Below are positions 25,033-27,132 of a stretch of 27,132 nucleotides of DNA, one piece after another. Made by a program: the position numbers and the translations under genes. How positions within the stretch are numbered: the stretch's first letter is position 1; each line of letters begins with the position of its first letter. Location of the stretch: positions 1-27,132 of the IMG/VR virus record IMGVR_UViG_3300050821_006962, one strand, 5' to 3'. The notes beneath the pieces are model-generated. The model had not been told where the DNA came from. It worked only from the letters and a program-made list of their open reading frames with translations, and made no database searches. The DNA is from a virus (lineage: Duplodnaviria > Heunggongvirae > Uroviricota > Caudoviricetes).

Positions 25033-25494
25033 TTAAGTCTTCGAAACACCGTCTGCGGCGGGCTTTGGGTCTGCGAGCAAATCCTTGCAGATGCCGAACT
25101 CTTTCTTGGCGTTCTCGGCCAGCTTACTGCCGTCTGCCGGAAACCCAAATACGACCGCAAAAACTCCATCCTTATCAACCATCTGTCCGATGATTTTCTC
25201 ATCGTCGGTTTTTGTAATAAGGAAGTCTACATCTCCGTTTATGTAGTGTTTACCCTTGTCGTCTTTCTTTTCGAACTTGTAAACAACGGGCTTGTCCAGC
25301 TTATCCACTTCATCTGGTCCCGGAGAGACTGAAATTATTGTGATGTTGTCGGCGCTGACTTCAATGTGTGCGCCTAGAAATGACCCCGGCGCGCACCCAC
25401 CTACGTCATAACCTACCGCCTTATCTTGTGCCAAACCGAGCGTGCCTGCCAAAGCGAGCGCTGCCACGAGAATTACTGTACGAACAAGTTTCAT
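25033..25494 (-). CDS. Secreted/periplasmic hypothetical protein, 153 aa (start moved to 25494)
   Basis: GGAGAAAACCC-ATG; Sec-type signal peptide MKLVRTVILVAALALAGTLGLA then QD; acidic/Lys-rich beta-strand body. Confidence 0.75.
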   Translation of the reverse strand: MKLVRTVILVAALALAGTLGLAQDKAVGYDVGGCAPGSFLGAHIEVSADNITIISVSPGPDEVDKLDKPVVYKFEKKDDKGKHYINGDVDFLITKTDDEKIIGQMVDKDGVFAVVFGFPADGSKLAENAKKEFGICKDLLADPKPAADGVSKT

Positions 25495-25564
25495 GGGTTT
25501 TCTCCCAGACGGCTCTTGACAGAGCACAACCGTCTACAGCCGCCCCGTAGGTCCTCTGCTCGGC

Positions 25565-25846
25565 TTACTTCTGAATATTGATGTCAACCGTCTGCGTCTG
25601 CTGCTGACCTTGGCGCTGGTTGTAATCTTCCTTGGCGCTGTGCGCGAGAAGCAGCGCTTGAATCGCACCCGCGAAAACCGCGAACGAGGTGAGGTCACGA
25701 CCGTGCAACCACCCATAGCAACCAACTACTGAAAACGCGGTTGCAAAGAAGGTGCAGCGTCCCATCCACATACGAAAGAAGGCGACCGCGACGTTGCCGC
25801 TGGTTACCGTTTGAAACGCCTTTACTGCAACATCCGGAATCTTCAT
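25565..25846 (-). CDS. Putative holin or small membrane protein, 93 aa
   Basis: Two hydrophobic segments (CTFFATAFSVVGCYGWL; LTSFAVFAGAIQALLLA) and a polar C-terminal tail; no endolysin in the window to confirm. Confidence 0.5.
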   Translation of the reverse strand: MKIPDVAVKAFQTVTSGNVAVAFFRMWMGRCTFFATAFSVVGCYGWLHGRDLTSFAVFAGAIQALLLAHSAKEDYNQRQGQQQTQTVDINIQK

Positions 25847-26038
25847 TTACTTACCGAAGCCGCCCATTGTGTGAGCGAAGTTGGCCATCTTAGCCACGTG
25901 CGAATTTTTCGAGTTGCGAGCCTCTTCCAGACGCTCCGCAGGAATCGGTTTGTCTTCCGAAATCCCGAGCGCGCGGTGAAGACCGCCCTTGCGCAGATGA
26001 TGCATCGCGCGATAAAGTGAAACGTTGTGCTTTGCCAT
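25847..26038 (-). CDS. Small basic His-containing hypothetical protein, 63 aa
   Basis: TAATG coupling upstream and TAAATG downstream; KGGLHRALGISEDKPIP motif. Confidence 0.75.
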   Translation of the reverse strand: MAKHNVSLYRAMHHLRKGGLHRALGISEDKPIPAERLEEARNSKNSHVAKMANFAHTMGGFGK

Positions 26039-26244
26039 TATTCTGTTTCCTTGCGCGCTGAGCGCACGACGTGATAACCGCCCGCCGTTTTATTGGCCCA
26101 GTGCTCTACTTCATTCCCCGACATGCGGGTCTGGCTGCCCTTGGGCTCATTCGCGGGAGCGTGGTCTAATCCGGCTGCTTTGGCGTTTATCTCCAGTGCA
26201 GCACGGCCCGCTATCACCGTAGGAAGATTTGGCGTCGCGCCCAT
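26038..26244 (-). CDS. Small hypothetical protein, 68 aa
   Basis: TAATG coupling at both ends. Confidence 0.7.
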   Translation of the reverse strand: MGATPNLPTVIAGRAALEINAKAAGLDHAPANEPKGSQTRMSGNEVEHWANKTAGGYHVVRSARKETE

Positions 26245-27077
26245 TAAACTGCTGGCGGTGCGCCAGCTGCGCCCGGAGGCGGCGCGCCTGCTCCCGGCAT
26301 CGGCTGGTTGGCCGCGTCGTTCGCTTCGCCCGGGTTCGGCTGAGACGTGTGGTCCATCATGTGGTCCATCATAGCGTCGTGGTCGCCCGCCGTACCCTTC
26401 ACGTCACCTTCGCGCTTCGCAGGACCTTGAAAGCCGTGCTTCTCGTGAATGTGGTGAACAGTGTGTGAGCCGTCGTCGTGGTGCTCGGTAATCGAGTGGC
26501 TAAACTTGTGGTGCTTCTTCATAAACCCTCTTAACTTCAGTAACTTCTGCGCTTCTCGCCAAGATATATTCTCGCCCTCGTGCCCGTCGCAACAGTCGTC
26601 CCAATCAACGCTCTGGCCTTTGTGTTCGGACATTGCGTCGGAAGTTTCGTCCTGCTCTTTAGACATCAGATTGCAAAGTCCGTCGTGACCTTCTGTAGGA
26701 ACAAAGTGTTCGCAACTTGCGCCCTGCTTGAATCCGCCGCAGTTCGTTCCGGTCGGGGACTTCGCCCATTCCAAACCTGTTTGGTCGGCTGCCTTATCGC
26801 CAAGCGTGTTGACGTTGTAAACGACCTTGTCGTCTCCTACCGCGAGAGGCGTGCCGCCTCTCTGATAGCAGCAAACTGGCGTGTAAACCTGTTTGCCCTT
26901 CATGGCTCGGTCAATAACAATGTCCGGCCCGTGAATCTGGCATCGCTTCTGGTTGATGTAAAGAAACGGACAGTTGAAGCATGACTTCGGTACGTCACCT
27001 GTATCTTTGCCACCGACAAATGCGAGCGCCCATCGCTGCACGCCAGAAGCTGGTTCAATCTGTATTAACTTAGCCAC
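26244..27077 (-). CDS. Cys-rich (two HiPIP-like clusters) plus His-rich hypothetical protein, 277 aa; possible internal start at 26522
   Basis: GTG start after AAGGGAG. Clusters are CFNC-x9-C..CC and C-x8-CEHF..GLC..CC. AAGAGGG-TTT-ATG at 26522 begins MKKHHKFSH. Confidence 0.7.
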   Translation of the reverse strand: MAKLIQIEPASGVQRWALAFVGGKDTGDVPKSCFNCPFLYINQKRCQIHGPDIVIDRAMKGKQVYTPVCCYQRGGTPLAVGDDKVVYNVNTLGDKAADQTGLEWAKSPTGTNCGGFKQGASCEHFVPTEGHDGLCNLMSKEQDETSDAMSEHKGQSVDWDDCCDGHEGENISWREAQKLLKLRGFMKKHHKFSHSITEHHDDGSHTVHHIHEKHGFQGPAKREGDVKGTAGDHDAMMDHMMDHTSQPNPGEANDAANQPMPGAGAPPPGAAGAPPAV

Positions 27078-27097
27078 GCCAGCTCCCTTAAACTGCG

Positions 27098-27132
27098 TTA
27101 TTCTTTGTCGTTGTTAATTGGGTTCTGTCCGT
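27098..27132 (-). CDS. Probable 3' end of an upstream gene entering from the right edge
   Basis: One frame reads GQNPINNDKE-TAA ending at 27098, just before the SD of the next gene; the frame cannot be confirmed from 35 nt. Confidence 0.3.
   Translation of the reverse strand, partial: GQNPINNDKE

Larger units (their letters stand above)
1..27132 (-). mobile_element. Tailed phage (podovirus-like) packaging and virion morphogenesis module; free phage or prophage undetermined
   Basis: Continuous minus-strand run of terminase, portal, scaffold, capsid, tailspike, adaptors, tail tube and ejection proteins with coupled or abutting start/stop codons; no host genes seen. Confidence 0.95.

Noticed and set aside
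25033-25494. Lipoprotein or spanin call for the secreted protein
   Set aside because: The first Cys (VGGC) lies about 12 residues beyond the hydrophobic region, so it is not a lipobox; no Rz/Rz1-like overlapping pair was seen.
15-27000. Plus-strand and alternative-frame ORFs in the track (for example 3408-4073, 9149-9604, 11169-11771, 16572-16808)
   Set aside because: They overlap long minus-strand genes as antisense or frame shadows, lack SD sites and recognisable motifs, and break the uniform gene orientation.
1-27132. Active stop-codon reassignment
   Set aside because: All genes are intact under the standard code and no neighbouring in-frame genes are split by TAG or TGA; only the avoidance of those codons is reported.
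1-27132. Host assignment
   Set aside because: Composition and gene style are not enough; no tRNA, att site or host gene is present.

Overview
The whole window is a gene-dense late (packaging and virion morphogenesis) region of a tailed dsDNA phage with podovirus-type gene order. All credible genes are on the minus strand. In transcription order (right to left) it holds: a Cys/His-rich protein and small hypothetical genes, a holin candidate, a secreted protein, a long terminase large subunit, portal, scaffold, an N4-gp56-like major capsid protein, two hypothetical head genes, an SGNH-esterase tailspike/fibre with a paralogous partner, two paralogous head-tail adaptors, a tail tube/nozzle protein, a small fibre, a GNAT-like protein and three ejection (internal virion) proteins. 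The last ejection gene runs off the left edge and is missing from the supplied ORF track. No integrase, att site, host gene, tRNA, rRNA, CRISPR array or reverse transcriptase is visible, so prophage versus free phage cannot be decided. Product names come from motif and synteny recognition by eye, not from database searches. Main observations: (1) one ~75-aa beta-rich module is inserted in frame at least four times, probably five, into three adjacent neck/tail genes, once nested inside another repeat; (2) all 22 complete genes end in TAA; (3) a near-consensus sigma70 promoter precedes the two large ejection genes; (4) a hidden 38-codon ORF is coupled to the tailspike gene; (5) a HiPIP-like Cys-rich protein is joined to a His-rich tail that has its own possible start.
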